DNA of 64,000 bases from Candidatus Bathyarchaeia archaeon (GCA_049517415.1 JBEKSC010000009.1:1-64000); one strand, 5' to 3'; counted from the stretch's first letter, positions 28,400-39,496 are shown. Translations and numbers: made by a program. Notes: a model not told the origin generated them from the letters alone.

Positions 28400-30013
28400 A
28401 TGCTAGCTAGATCGAAGGTCGCAATCTTAATTGTGGTCGCTATCTCGTCTGTAACGCTTTTTCAGACTGTGGAAGGAGCTTGTGGTGTTCACGTAGGCGT
28501 ACCAGGAGCGCCGATACAAGTTGGTTCACCCTTCGTGATCTCGTACTACACTGACGTAGGGTGCAACGGCATGACCACCGTTCTCGTTCGGCCGGCTCTC
28601 AGCGTTACGCCCATCTGGCAGGCAGGGCCGACTCACGTCAGCGGTGGGTTAGACTACGAAGTAACTGCCCCTGGCATAAACACTCCAGGAGGTTACTTTG
28701 CGGAAGTCTCATTTGTGAAAACGGGCGGAAACACTGCTGTATTGGGAGAGAAACTCTTTCAAGTGGTTGGACCGGCCTCTGTATCAACAAACTGGGCGAT
28801 CCAGTCAGTCTCACTAACTCCTTCTCCCCCTCAAGTTGGTGACCCAGTAACTTTCAGCGCGGTGTTGGTTGCGCTCTCGACATCGGGCTCATATCCGCAA
28901 AGTGTTGATGTGGAATGCACAATTGACGGCGCTTCATGCGGAGGCGGGTCCCTCTCCTACCCTGGACCAACTGGCAACCCCGCTACTGTGAACACGCAGA
29001 CGCAGTGGATCGCAACGCCAGGAACACACACGTTAACTTGGTCGGTTTCGACGAATAACGATCCAAACCCCGGCAATAACGTAATGAGCACCACGTTCAT
29101 TGTTGGACAAGCAATACAAACGACAACGCAATTTGATTTTTCATTATCCGATTCACCCACTCAGCAGAGCGCCACTCCTGGTGGGAGCGCAAGCTACACT
29201 GTCGCCGTGAACCCAGTAACAGGGCCACAGCAGAGTGTGGATCTCAGCGTGTCAGGATTACCGAACGGTGTGTCCGCGTCATTTAACCCAACCTCAGGAA
29301 CACCTCCATTTACTTCAACACTAAGCGTTACAGTGGCATCCTCAGTGTCCCCTGGAGCGTTAACGCTAACCATCGTTGGGAATGGAGGTGGGGTAACCCA
29401 TACGGCCTCCGTCACTCTCATCGTCTCGGCTGCATCTGATTTTGCAATTGGCGTTAGCCCCGCCTCTCAGAGTGTGCTTCAGGGACAGACGGCATCGTAT
29501 TCGGTGAATGTTTCCGCCCTCAATGGCTTCAACTCGCAGGTTTCATTGTCTGTCTCAGGATTACCTTCGGGTGCCGATGGGGTCTTCAGCAATCCCTCCG
29601 GAACTCCAAACTTTGCTTCGACGCTCACGGTCACATTATCAGGGGATGTTGCGCCTGCTTCGTATACGTTGACGGTGACCGGGAGCGGAGGGGGACTAAG
29701 CCACGTCGCCAACCTGGTTCTAACAGTTAATGCAGCCGTAGTAACGCAAAGCTCAACGTCCTCAACTCAAGCATCAACTCAACCATCAAGCGACCTGATG
29801 AGCATGATCCAACAAAACCAACTCCTCATACTCGGAGGCATAATCTTGTTGGCCGTCTTGATTGCAGTCGCGTTGCGGAGTAGACGAAAACCAACCTCGA
29901 CCCAACCTACGGGAAAGGGCGCCACAACTGGATTCGTTTACTGTGGAAAGTGTGGAACCCAAAACCCAACCGCCAACAAGTTCTGCAAAGAATGCGGCAC
30001 CGATCTAAAATAA
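28400..30013 (+). CDS. Surface protein: signal peptide, CARDB and two Ig-like repeats, TM, cytoplasmic zinc ribbon
   Basis: DPNPGNN, two DF.L..SP..SGLP.G repeats, CGKCG..CKECG. Confidence 0.85.
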   Translation: MLARSKVAILIVVAISSVTLFQTVEGACGVHVGVPGAPIQVGSPFVISYYTDVGCNGMTTVLVRPALSVTPIWQAGPTHVSGGLDYEVTAPGINTPGGYFAEVSFVKTGGNTAVLGEKLFQVVGPASVSTNWAIQSVSLTPSPPQVGDPVTFSAVLVALSTSGSYPQSVDVECTIDGASCGGGSLSYPGPTGNPATVNTQTQWIATPGTHTLTWSVSTNNDPNPGNNVMSTTFIVGQAIQTTTQFDFSLSDSPTQQSATPGGSASYTVAVNPVTGPQQSVDLSVSGLPNGVSASFNPTSGTPPFTSTLSVTVASSVSPGALTLTIVGNGGGVTHTASVTLIVSAASDFAIGVSPASQSVLQGQTASYSVNVSALNGFNSQVSLSVSGLPSGADGVFSNPSGTPNFASTLTVTLSGDVAPASYTLTVTGSGGGLSHVANLVLTVNAAVVTQSSTSSTQASTQPSSDLMSMIQQNQLLILGGIILLAVLIAVALRSRRKPTSTQPTGKGATTGFVYCGKCGTQNPTANKFCKECGTDLK

Positions 30014-30597
30014 CATCAGATTGCCTCAGGTTGAATGGCCTTTCGAGGTTCGCCATATCGAGAATCGCCTTAATTCCTTATATGTTGAAATGTACTACAC
30101 AACGACAGGTGCCATTAATTGAGCTTCGAATTTGATGGTTTGAATGAATTGTTCGACAAAGGCGCATATCACAAGGCCGAATCCTTTGGGCAGAACGGCA
30201 TCATGGCCGCTTTCAGACATCGCAATCTCGAGGCGCACATACCGCTCATAATCGCATTTCTCTTCGTGCTCTCTGGCGATTACATATCCCTAATCCGCCA
30301 TCTAAGAATGGTCATCTAGACGCTCAAGTCAATGCTTGACTTGCATAAGTCCCGCCTAACGGGGCACCGTTCCACCTCGTGAGCTCGTACCCTCTGAACG
30401 ATGTACTTGGTCGCTGGTAATCATGTACATGGTTTGCGGCCATGCTACCTCAATCCCGTCTTCGGAAAGATGTACATACTCACTGGTGAACATGTACACG
30501 TTCAGGCGAAACTTCCGAGGGTCTCCGAAAACGCGCTTGCGCTGCTGAAAGCCCTCTATTGCGACTTTCCTTTTCCCGGCGCCATCCGAATAACAAT

Positions 30598-31722
30598 TCA
30601 CCGTTTGTCGATGGGCACCACTTTTCGGTCCCGCGGCCCGGTGTACTCAGTTTCAGGCCGGATAAGTCGGTTGTTGGCTACTTGTTCGAGGACGTTCGCG
30701 GACCATCCGACGCTTCGGCTCGCAGCGAAAGTTGCTGTGAAGAGGTCCGGTGGTAAGCCAACGGAATCCATCACAACCGCGGAATAGAATTCCACGTTGG
30801 TATACAGCTTCTTGCGAGACTTTTCCGTCTGCAGGATGCGGATGGCTGTTTCCTCAACACTGCGGGCCAATTCGAAGAATCTCTTGTCCGCTGTCTTGTT
30901 TGCTATGTCACGGAGGATCTCGGCCCGCGGGTCCGTGGTCCTATAGACTCTGTGCCCAAAACCCATCAGCCTTCTCCCAGCCTTCAACTCATCCCTAATC
31001 CAAGGTTCAGCGCGTTCGGGGTTTCCAATGTCCTTCAGCATTTGAAGAACAGGGGCCGGGGCGCCGCCGTGAAGTGGTCCTTTTAGGGCTCCGATTGCGG
31101 CGGTTATGGCCGAGTACATATCAGACCATGTGGACGCCACAATTCTCGCAGTGAAGGTTGAGGAATTCATACCATGGTCCGCGAGAAGAATCAGGTATTT
31201 GTCGAGTGCGTCTACCTTGGCCTCTTCAGGTTCTTTTCCCGTAAGCATGTAAATGTAATTCGCAGCGTGCCCAAGCCCCGGTAGCGGGTCTAGGGGTTCT
31301 TGGCCGCGGCGGAGGCGGTCAAATGCAGCGTTGATCGTCGGCATCTTCGCAGTAATTGCAATCGCGTCCGAGATATCGGGTTTCTTTAGGGGAATGCCCG
31401 TCCCGAGCGTTGAGATGGCGGTTCGAAGCACATCCAGAGTGTTCGAGGTGCGGGGAAGGTTACGGATGGTTGCCTTTAGGTCCGCAGGAATCGACCGTTC
31501 CATGATTAGGCGTTTATTCAGGTCGGCAAGCTGCGTCTTGGTCGGTAGGTTGCCATTCCAAAGCAGGTAGGCGACTTCTTCGAAGGCGAGGTTGGCGGCA
31601 AGGTCGTGAATATCATACCCCCGGTAGATGAGGCGCCCCGCGTTTCCATCAATCATGCAGATACTGCTATCGTCGATGATTACTCCTTCGAGTCCCTTCG
31701 CAATCGCCTTGGCAGCCGTCAA
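30598..31722 (-). CDS. Citrate/2-methylcitrate synthase
   Basis: GLEGV, ADHG, GPLHGGA, GFGHRVY, NVEF. Confidence 0.95.
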   Translation of the reverse strand: MTAAKAIAKGLEGVIIDDSSICMIDGNAGRLIYRGYDIHDLAANLAFEEVAYLLWNGNLPTKTQLADLNKRLIMERSIPADLKATIRNLPRTSNTLDVLRTAISTLGTGIPLKKPDISDAIAITAKMPTINAAFDRLRRGQEPLDPLPGLGHAANYIYMLTGKEPEEAKVDALDKYLILLADHGMNSSTFTARIVASTWSDMYSAITAAIGALKGPLHGGAPAPVLQMLKDIGNPERAEPWIRDELKAGRRLMGFGHRVYRTTDPRAEILRDIANKTADKRFFELARSVEETAIRILQTEKSRKKLYTNVEFYSAVVMDSVGLPPDLFTATFAASRSVGWSANVLEQVANNRLIRPETEYTGPRDRKVVPIDKR

Positions 31723-31848
31723 GTGCTAAGCCTATTCTTCAGCCACGCTCATCTCACTTATTATCCAATCTCGTAACCGTTTGTGCCCGCCAGACTTGTG
31801 CAATCTTTCTTAAGGGAATCCACCTAACGTTATCCACAGGTTAGAAAC

Positions 31849-32874
31849 ATGACACATGAGATTGGAGGGCGTGAGTCAGGAGTTGTCGCGTTTAAGGAAA
31901 CCGATGAAGTACGGGTGAACGACGACGCCGTTCTCGCGCCGGAAGCTGTCCGCGGAGAAGTCGGAACCATTGTGAAGATCAACCGCTACTTGACTGAGCC
32001 GGCACAACTCTCTGAAAGGATGATCGCGGTGGACCGTTACCAGCAGTTGGTCAAACAACCACGCGAAACTGAGATACTCGGCTTCGCCCTGCAAATCTTC
32101 CTTCCCAAGATTGGTGACTCGCTCCTCGTAGCCTCAAATGAGGTAACCCTACTTTCAAAATTCAGAGAAAGGATTGACAGGCTCGAAGGCAGGCTCATCG
32201 CTCACCTAACCGACCCACAACAATTCACTGTGCTAGGCGACGGCGGGCTCGATGTTCCATTCATCAATCAGAATTTTGATGCACAGTTCTTCGGCGACCT
32301 GGTGCGGTACGTGCTCAGGCCGAAGCTTGGCAGAACTTCAACCAAGGTCCTATCCCCTGAAGCCTCCGGCCCCCCTTTGGCGGCCGTCTACGCTAGTATG
32401 GCCGGTCTCAGCTTTGTACGCGCGGTGAAAGTGTACGATAAGGCGCGGCCGCAAGTCCCTGGCACTTGGCGGGGTACTGTGGTGGGAGATGTTAAGGTTC
32501 CTTCCGCTACGAAGAAGACCGAGCACTACTTCGCCATTCCCGAAGGCTCGATGATCGCGGGGGACCGTGTTGTCATCTTTGACGACGTCGGGTTTACTGG
32601 CCGTACTCGAAACGCCTGCATACAATTAATCGAAAAAGTGGGTGCAAAGGTCTCGGCTATCGTTAATGTTGTCGAAAAGTCGTACGGTGAACCTCGGAAC
32701 GTAACCGTGAACTCGAAAGCTATCCTCGGGATAACCGGCTTCGAACCTGAAACGGATAAGACTTGTAGGCTGAAGATTAATGAGCTTCTCTTGGAACCTC
32801 TGAAAACTCCTCGCATTGTCGGCGGCGTGAATTACGCTCCTAAGAGGTCTCTCTCAACTCTCCGCGAGCAATAG
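31849..32874 (+). CDS. Type I phosphoribosyltransferase with N-terminal extension (APRT/XPRT/PurR-like)
   Basis: EASG, VVIFDDVGFTGRT PRPP loop. Confidence 0.78.
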   Translation: MTHEIGGRESGVVAFKETDEVRVNDDAVLAPEAVRGEVGTIVKINRYLTEPAQLSERMIAVDRYQQLVKQPRETEILGFALQIFLPKIGDSLLVASNEVTLLSKFRERIDRLEGRLIAHLTDPQQFTVLGDGGLDVPFINQNFDAQFFGDLVRYVLRPKLGRTSTKVLSPEASGPPLAAVYASMAGLSFVRAVKVYDKARPQVPGTWRGTVVGDVKVPSATKKTEHYFAIPEGSMIAGDRVVIFDDVGFTGRTRNACIQLIEKVGAKVSAIVNVVEKSYGEPRNVTVNSKAILGITGFEPETDKTCRLKINELLLEPLKTPRIVGGVNYAPKRSLSTLREQ

Positions 32875-32896
32875 TGCGGCCCAAGGAAAGTGCGAG

Positions 32897-33562
32897 TTGC
32901 AAATAGATCACTGTGATTTTCCGGAAGACGCACTCTACGACGTAGATAACAGAGTTTGGGTTAGGCTGCTGGGAAAGAACAGTGCCACCATCGGCATAAC
33001 AAGCGTTCACTCCGCGTTAGCGGGAAGGCTGAACAAGGTGAACTTCAAGCCCGTCGGCACTGTCCTGCAGAAAGGGAAGAGCGTCGCAACCATTGAGAGT
33101 GTGAAATATTTCGGCGCAGTCCGAACTCCGCTCTCGGGCACTCTTATCGAAAGCAACCTTGTTCTAACCGAACGACCGAAGTTAGCAAATGATTCGCCGT
33201 ATGAATTAGGTTGGTTTGTGAAAGTTGAAGCCGCTTCTCTATCCGAGGAATTGAAGACCCTAAGTGATCTGACGAGCGCTAGGGAATCACTGAAATCGCA
33301 AATCAGCCAGCTTCGAGTTAGGTGTTTCAAGGCCTATCCGGATTATGAAATGTGGGAAATAGGGGTGGAATGCGCCGCCGTCTTGGTTAGATTGAATGAG
33401 CTTATCGAGCGGTGCGCCTTGAATGATGTGGTTCACGTCGTTTCCGACGATCCAACCGCTGATATCGAAATGGAGCGGTGGTCGGATGAAACAGGCCAGT
33501 TGGTGCTCGAGTCAAGGAAGGAAGGCAAGCTGATTCACTTCATCGTCAAGAAAGTGAAGTAG
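32897..33562 (+). CDS. GcvH/LbpA-like lipoyl carrier fused to a TusA domain
   Basis: CDFPEDALY, GIT, IESVK, NDSPY.GW; then G.EC..VVSDDP..ERW..ETG..HFIVKK. Confidence 0.85.
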   Translation: MQIDHCDFPEDALYDVDNRVWVRLLGKNSATIGITSVHSALAGRLNKVNFKPVGTVLQKGKSVATIESVKYFGAVRTPLSGTLIESNLVLTERPKLANDSPYELGWFVKVEAASLSEELKTLSDLTSARESLKSQISQLRVRCFKAYPDYEMWEIGVECAAVLVRLNELIERCALNDVVHVVSDDPTADIEMERWSDETGQLVLESRKEGKLIHFIVKKVK

Positions 33563-33586
33563 GAAAGTAGGTTTTTTCCGAAGGTT

Positions 33587-34432
33587 TTACGGTTTCTGGA
33601 TTGGGTTGCGGACCATGTTTCCCCACTCAGTCCAAGACCCGTCGTAGTTCCTTACGTTCGGGTAGCCGAGTAGGTATTTTAGAACGAACCATGAAAATGA
33701 CGACCTCTCGCCGATCCTGCAGTATGTTATAATTTCCTTATCCGGTGTGATGCCTTTGCTTTGGTATAATTTGGCCAAGTCTTCTGCGTTTTTGAAGGTT
33801 CCATCCTCCTTCACAGCCTGAGACCATGGTATGCTCACGGCGCCAGGGATGTGCCCTCCCCGTTGCGCGTGTTCGTTCGGGTATTCAGGTGGGGCCGTTA
33901 TTTCCCCAGTAAATTCAGCTGGGCTGCGAACATCGACGAGCGCTTTGTCCCTTTTTCCAAGTGATTTCTTTACGCCGTCCAAATAAATCCTGATTTCCTC
34001 GTTCGGGCCTTTGGCTTTGTAGACTGCGAGCGTGTGTGCGGGTAATTCCCTCGTTACTTCCCGGTCCTCGGAGAGCCATTTCTTTCGCCCGCCGTTCATC
34101 AAAACGACTTTCTCAAAGCCATAGTACTTGAGTATCCAGAAAGCGAAAGCTGCAAACCAGTTGTTGAAGTCGCCGTATAGAACAAGCGTCGTGTCTTTGT
34201 TTACGCCGGACCTGGAGAGTAAGTCCTCGAGCTGTTTTTGGTTGACTATGTCTCGGGATAGGGGATCGTTCATGTCAGCTTTCCAGTCGAAGAGTATTGC
34301 GCCGGGTATGTGGGCAAGGTTGTAGTTGGCGATGGGGTCATAGTCGACTTCGGCGATGCGAACATTGCTATCTTTCAAGTGTTGGCTTACCCAGTCGCTT
34401 TCAACAAGAACTTCGGGATGTTTGTATGACAA
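33587..34432 (-). CDS. Tandem-domain rhodanese (thiosulfate sulfurtransferase)
   Basis: HIPGA twice, CRIGER active-site loop, YDGSWTEW. Confidence 0.95.
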   Translation of the reverse strand: MSYKHPEVLVESDWVSQHLKDSNVRIAEVDYDPIANYNLAHIPGAILFDWKADMNDPLSRDIVNQKQLEDLLSRSGVNKDTTLVLYGDFNNWFAAFAFWILKYYGFEKVVLMNGGRKKWLSEDREVTRELPAHTLAVYKAKGPNEEIRIYLDGVKKSLGKRDKALVDVRSPAEFTGEITAPPEYPNEHAQRGGHIPGAVSIPWSQAVKEDGTFKNAEDLAKLYQSKGITPDKEIITYCRIGERSSFSWFVLKYLLGYPNVRNYDGSWTEWGNMVRNPIQKP

Positions 34433-34660
34433 TTCGTAGCACGGCTCAAAACATGCCGTACGGCATATTTAACCTCACCTTAACGCCGCCTAACCATACG
34501 CGAACACGCGAAGGCCCAACCAAAGTTTAAATTCGAACACAAAACTCCGGAACAGTAACGGGCACATTATTGACGCCCGGTGAATCAGGAATTTTTCCGA
34601 GGCTTACTTGGCGATTCAAAACGCTGCTCGCTCCCAGTTCGAGAAATGAGTGAATGAATC

Positions 34661-36112
34661 TTGACAGAGAAGATTATTGACGGCTTGACCTTCGACGACG
34701 TTCTGCTAATCCCGAAGAAGTCCACTGTTCGTTCCCGAAAGGATGTGCACACCAGGACGCGCCTCTCACGAAATATCGAGTTACGCATCCCGATGGTGAG
34801 CGCTCCGATGGACACTGTGACTGAACATTCGATGGCTGCCACAATGGCGCGCGCTGGCGGGATCGGCATCATACACCGTTTCATGACGATAAACCAGCAA
34901 GTCGAAGAAGTTCTGAAAGTGAAGCGCTCCGAGAGCATCGTTATAGAGCAACCCTACAGCCTAACGGCTGATCTGAAGCTCAAGGACGCGAAACGCTTGA
35001 TGTCCCAGAAGGGAGTATCTGGCCTGCTCGTCCTAGATGAGCGGGGGCACCTGCAGGGGATCCTAACGACGAGAGACATTCAATTCGAACGCGACGAGGA
35101 GAAAAGGGTTGGTGAAATGATGACTGGAATCAAGGACATGGTCACAGCCTCTGCCGGGATAACTCTAGAAGAGGCGGAACGGATTCTGCACAAAAACAAG
35201 CTCGAAAAACTTCCATTGACCGACAAGGACGGAAAACTGCGCGGCCTCATAACAAGCCGCGACATGCTCAGCCTCGAACAATATCCGGACGCTTCGAAGG
35301 ACCAGAAAGGCCGCTTGTTGGTCGGTGCGGCTGTTGGCGTGAAGGCAGGTTACCTAGAGAGGTCCAGGGAGTTGTGTGAAGCTGGTGTTGACGTGCTCGT
35401 TCTCGACGTGGCCCACGCCCACTCCGACATTACACTCGAAGCCGTTCGCAACATCAAGAAGTCACTGCCAAAAGCTGAGTTGATTGTGGGCAACGTTGCG
35501 ACCAAGGAGGGAACCGAGGACCTTATCGCTGCTGGAGCGGACGCCGTGAAGGTGGGAATTGGTTCCGGTTCGATATGCATCACCCGGATTGTGACAGGGG
35601 CAGGAGTCCCTCAGCTTACGGCTATCATCGAATGTACGAAGGTGGCCGACGAGAATGGTGTGCCAATAATTGCTGATGGGGGGATACGCAACTCGGGCGA
35701 TATTACGAAAGCCATCGCCGCAGGCGCTTCAACCGTGATGGTTGGAAGCCTTCTCGCGGGGGCGGAGGAAAGCCCGGGGATGACCGTGATGAGGGAGGGC
35801 AGGAAATTCAAGTTAGTGCGCGGAATGGCTTCAGTAGCTGCCTCCTACGACCGGACATCTCGAGAATCCGAACAGGCAGAAGAGGACGCTGCAGTCGACC
35901 TCTTAGACTACGTACCGGAAGGTGTGGAGGCGTTCGTAGAATACAAGGGCAACGCCTCAGAGTTAATTAGCCAACTCGTTGGGGGCCTGCGTTCTGGGAT
36001 GAGTTACTGCGGCGCAACAGAAATTTCGCAATTCCGTGGTAAAGGTAATTTCGTCAAAATCTCACAAGCAGGTTTGAAGGAAAGCTACCCACACGACGTC
36101 GAAGTAATGTAA
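34661..36112 (+). CDS. guaB: IMP dehydrogenase with CBS pair
   Basis: [40 protein letters not shown]. Confidence 0.96.
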   Translation: MTEKIIDGLTFDDVLLIPKKSTVRSRKDVHTRTRLSRNIELRIPMVSAPMDTVTEHSMAATMARAGGIGIIHRFMTINQQVEEVLKVKRSESIVIEQPYSLTADLKLKDAKRLMSQKGVSGLLVLDERGHLQGILTTRDIQFERDEEKRVGEMMTGIKDMVTASAGITLEEAERILHKNKLEKLPLTDKDGKLRGLITSRDMLSLEQYPDASKDQKGRLLVGAAVGVKAGYLERSRELCEAGVDVLVLDVAHAHSDITLEAVRNIKKSLPKAELIVGNVATKEGTEDLIAAGADAVKVGIGSGSICITRIVTGAGVPQLTAIIECTKVADENGVPIIADGGIRNSGDITKAIAAGASTVMVGSLLAGAEESPGMTVMREGRKFKLVRGMASVAASYDRTSRESEQAEEDAAVDLLDYVPEGVEAFVEYKGNASELISQLVGGLRSGMSYCGATEISQFRGKGNFVKISQAGLKESYPHDVEVM

Positions 36113-36153
36113 ACAGAACAAGCCTTACTCCTTCCACTAGTCGGCGTGCCTCA

Positions 36154-36666
36154 TTGGAAATCTTCACAATCGGTCATTCAACTAGAACCTTCGACGAACT
36201 CGTACGCTCCTTGTCGGCCCATGGTGTGAACATCTTAGTTGACGTGCGAAGTTTCCCCCGTTCGTTCAAGAATCCCCAATTCAACACCGAAGTGATAGAA
36301 ACTGAACTCCCCAAACACAACATTCGTTACATCTGGTTGCAGAAGCTCGGCGGGCGGAGGAAAGGGTTCGGGCAAGAATCTAAGAACGCTTGTTGGAAGA
36401 ACAAGTCGTTCAGGAATTATGCGGATTACATGGAGACCTCGGCCTTTACCGATGGCGCCGAGGAGCTTCTCAGGTTGTCAGGTGAGGGGGTCGTTGCCAT
36501 AATGTGTGCTGAGGCCGTTTATTGGAGGTGCCACCGGTCAATGATATCCGATTACCTGAAATCGAATGGACTGCACGTCACACACATCTTCGATGAGACG
36601 CATAGCCGGGAGCATGAATACACTCAATGCGCGAAGGTTGTAGACGGAAAACTAACCTACCATTGA
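36154..36666 (+). CDS. DUF488 family protein
   Basis: TIGHS, DVR..P, LGG, MCAE..CHR. Confidence 0.9.
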   Translation: MEIFTIGHSTRTFDELVRSLSAHGVNILVDVRSFPRSFKNPQFNTEVIETELPKHNIRYIWLQKLGGRRKGFGQESKNACWKNKSFRNYADYMETSAFTDGAEELLRLSGEGVVAIMCAEAVYWRCHRSMISDYLKSNGLHVTHIFDETHSREHEYTQCAKVVDGKLTYH

Positions 36667-36686
36667 ACAGAACTAAATCCCGAGAG

Positions 36687-37166
36687 TTAGATGGTTTTCT
36701 TCGCAACTAGGTAGTATCCGCTTGCTTTGTCTTCCAGAGAGGTGACAGAGAATCCCACTTTCTCCAATCTTTGCTTCAAGATGTCGGGTGTGAGGAAATT
36801 CACGTGAACCCTTCTTATCTTGCGTTCGATCCAGTCGATGATTTTCCATCGGCCTTCTGGCCTCAGTTCGTTTACGAACAGGCATCCAGTTGGCTTTAGA
36901 ATTCTATTCAGCTCCCTCATTGCCTGATCTATGTCAGTCATATGATGAAGCGACTTCTTTGCGTAACCTTTTTCGAAGGAGGAATCTCGAAATGGAATTG
37001 CCTCTCCAACGGCTAGGATACAATCTAGGTTTGGATACGTGCGGTGCATGTGCTGCACTTTCTTTTGAGCGGGCTCAATTGCAATTACCTCTTTGGATTG
37101 GTTGGCTACCTTACTTGCAACGTACCCGTAGCCTGCTCCAAGCTCTACAATCATATCCGTACCCAA
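36687..37166 (-). CDS. Class I SAM-dependent methyltransferase (start uncertain)
   Basis: ELGAGYG, IPF.D.SF, LHH, RILKP.G. Confidence 0.82.
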   Translation of the reverse strand: MGTDMIVELGAGYGYVASKVANQSKEVIAIEPAQKKVQHMHRTYPNLDCILAVGEAIPFRDSSFEKGYAKKSLHHMTDIDQAMRELNRILKPTGCLFVNELRPEGRWKIIDWIERKIRRVHVNFLTPDILKQRLEKVGFSVTSLEDKASGYYLVAKKTI

Positions 37167-37277
37167 CGGGTTCAGGAGAGTTACAATGTGGCTGGAATCT
37201 CGCCGGGCGGTCCAAGCTTCAAATGAAGTAAGAAGAGGCGCCGTAGGCTTTAGGACACTCCAACCCGATTTATGAGG

Positions 37278-37601
37278 CTATATTTCGATCATAACGTCGC
37301 TTCCTTGAACGGTAACCTTGTACGATTTTTCCGGCTGGATGCTATCCGCCGGTTCTTGGTCAGGCCCGATGAGAGGTTTTCCAGTTGTGACGTCGAACTG
37401 GGCTCCGTGCTCTGGGCAGGTTACAACATTATTCCTGAGTGCGCCCTCTGATAGGTTTCCTTGCTCATGCGTACACCAGTTATCCATCGCGTAGAAGTTT
37501 CCGCCGATATTGGCGAGGACAATATCCTTTCCGCCAGCGTTGACGAATTTGAGGCGGCCAGGGGGCACGTCGGATTTGCTGCACGCCTTAACTAGTGGCA
37601 T
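37278..37601 (-). CDS. Rieske-type ferredoxin
   Basis: CTHE..CPEHGAQFD. Confidence 0.92.
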   Translation of the reverse strand: MPLVKACSKSDVPPGRLKFVNAGGKDIVLANIGGNFYAMDNWCTHEQGNLSEGALRNNVVTCPEHGAQFDVTTGKPLIGPDQEPADSIQPEKSYKVTVQGSDVMIEI

Positions 37602-37648
37602 TGGGCATCTAAATTTCTGGGGATGTTCCTTAGGTTTTAAGTCCTTCG

Positions 37649-39496
37649 TTAGAGCGGTTTAGGGGTCGCTTTTAATCGGCGCAGCTCAGCGGTCAATAAT
37701 GGGACGGCAGCGGCGTAGTCGGCTGCAATGCCATAATCGCAATTCTTGAAGATTAGTGCATTTGGATCGCTGTTGATTGCTACAACTATCCTCGCCCGGC
37801 CGATTCCGACCGTGTGGTTAAATGCGCCTCTCACGCCGATCGCTAAATACAGCTTCGGTCCCACGGATCTACCTGTTAGCCCAACCTGAAGCTGCCTGGG
37901 CAACCAGCCCATGTCCACAACCTTCCTAGTAGTCGCTATCGGCGCATCCAAGACCTCAGCCAATTCATTGATTACCTTCATATTACTAGGTCCGCCAACG
38001 CCAAATCCTACAGCCACAACGACGTCCGCATTGTCTAATCTCAACGCGTCTCGATCTGACTCGAACCTTTCCTCGACCACCCGGCCCATTGCCTTCAGAC
38101 CCGTTGGGTGTACCTCAACCACACTACCACGTCTGGAAGGGTTCGCTACTGTTGCGGTCAGCATTCCGGGCCGAACCGTTGCCATCTGTGGAAATGTACG
38201 GCTGATGATGGGTGCTACAATGTTTCCGCCAAATGCCGGCTTCAATTGAACCAGTTGCCCTTGGTCGTTCAGCTCTAGTCCGATGCAGTCGCTTGTCATA
38301 CCTAGCCCAAGCCGAGCGGCTACCCTTGGCATGAAATCTCTGCCGAGGGACGTGGCAGCTGCCACAACCGCGAAGGGCTGGTATTGATGACTCGTTTCAG
38401 CTAGGGCAGCGGCGTAAGCGTCGCTCGAGTAAGCCGACAATTGCTCATGCTTAACCAAGTAGACTCTGTCAGCTCCGTGCGCGATGAAGTCCTGGGCATG
38501 CTCCTCGGGGCTATCGCCTAGGGCGACGACGCACAGTTCGCTCTCCAATTTGGACGCAAGCTCGAGTCCCCGCCCAATCAATTCGTAACTTGCGCTCCTC
38601 ACGCGGCCTTGCACCATCTCAGCGAAAACCCAAAACGGCTTACTCATTCCTAGGGCACGAGACCCGGGGGGCATGGGTTTCTTTTCCTCAACCTCCTTCC
38701 ATCCCGAGAACAGGCCGCTCGCGGCTAGGTTCTCTGCAAGTTTCTTCACTTTCTCTTCCAGCGTCGAGCCACCGACGATTTCGCATTTCCTCTTGGTTTC
38801 AATGGAGTAAATTTCGGAAACAGACGTTGGCGAGCCTTTGGACCCGAACAGTGAAGCGTCTTGGCTGAGTTCGGACGCTGTAACGGCCCTGTAGGGTTTT
38901 GATTTCGCGGCTTCCCGTTCCTCTTGGGTTGGGTTGTAGGGTTTGATTAATCGTTCAGCGGACGTTAGGAGAAGTGGTAATGGTGCTTCGATTCGTTGGA
39001 ACCCGTAGTCCGTTTCGGCTTCGACTGTCGCTCTGTCGTGGCTGGCTGAGAGGTCAACTTTGGTTGCACCGCTCACGTGGGGGATTCCAAGAAGTTCTGC
39101 GACCTCAGGGCCGACGTGGCCCGTTTCCGCGTCCACACTGTACTTTCCGCACAGGATGATGTCGAAAGGTGTCTCTCTCTCAATCGCCATTGAGAGGGCA
39201 CGTGATGTAGCTAGGGTGTCGGATCCAGCGAACGCTCTATCTAACAGGTGTAGGGCACGATCGGCGCCCATCGCCATAGCCTCAGTCAGGGCTTCTTTAG
39301 CTTGGGGTGGTCCCATCGTCATAACAACCACCTCGCCGCCGTACTCTTCCTTAGCGGTGGCAGCGAAGGTTAGGGCCCTTCTATCAAACGGGTTAATCTC
39401 GTTGTGAACTCCTTCCCGGATAAGTGTCCTTTTCACGCTGTCAAACTTGAGCTCCGAAACCGCCGGAACTTGCTTGATGCACACGATAAACTTCAT
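37649..39496 (-). CDS. etfBA: Fused electron-transfer flavoprotein beta+alpha
   Basis: VCIKQVP..GSDT..GSPT (beta), then KPAFGG..QVGLTG..HTVG..AINSD (alpha). Confidence 0.93.
   Translation of the reverse strand: MKFIVCIKQVPAVSELKFDSVKRTLIREGVHNEINPFDRRALTFAATAKEEYGGEVVVMTMGPPQAKEALTEAMAMGADRALHLLDRAFAGSDTLATSRALSMAIERETPFDIILCGKYSVDAETGHVGPEVAELLGIPHVSGATKVDLSASHDRATVEAETDYGFQRIEAPLPLLLTSAERLIKPYNPTQEEREAAKSKPYRAVTASELSQDASLFGSKGSPTSVSEIYSIETKRKCEIVGGSTLEEKVKKLAENLAASGLFSGWKEVEEKKPMPPGSRALGMSKPFWVFAEMVQGRVRSASYELIGRGLELASKLESELCVVALGDSPEEHAQDFIAHGADRVYLVKHEQLSAYSSDAYAAALAETSHQYQPFAVVAAATSLGRDFMPRVAARLGLGMTSDCIGLELNDQGQLVQLKPAFGGNIVAPIISRTFPQMATVRPGMLTATVANPSRRGSVVEVHPTGLKAMGRVVEERFESDRDALRLDNADVVVAVGFGVGGPSNMKVINELAEVLDAPIATTRKVVDMGWLPRQLQVGLTGRSVGPKLYLAIGVRGAFNHTVGIGRARIVVAINSDPNALIFKNCDYGIAADYAAAVPLLTAELRRLKATPKPL

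Noticed and set aside
29130..29730. Internal repeats in the surface protein as a DGR or variable cassette
   Set aside because: Ordinary diverged Ig-like domain duplication; no reverse transcriptase or adenine-specific variation seen.
30598..31722. NVEF instead of NVDF as an inactivated citrate synthase
   Set aside because: Glu at this position occurs in some citrate synthases (for example actinobacterial CitA-type) and the other motifs are intact.
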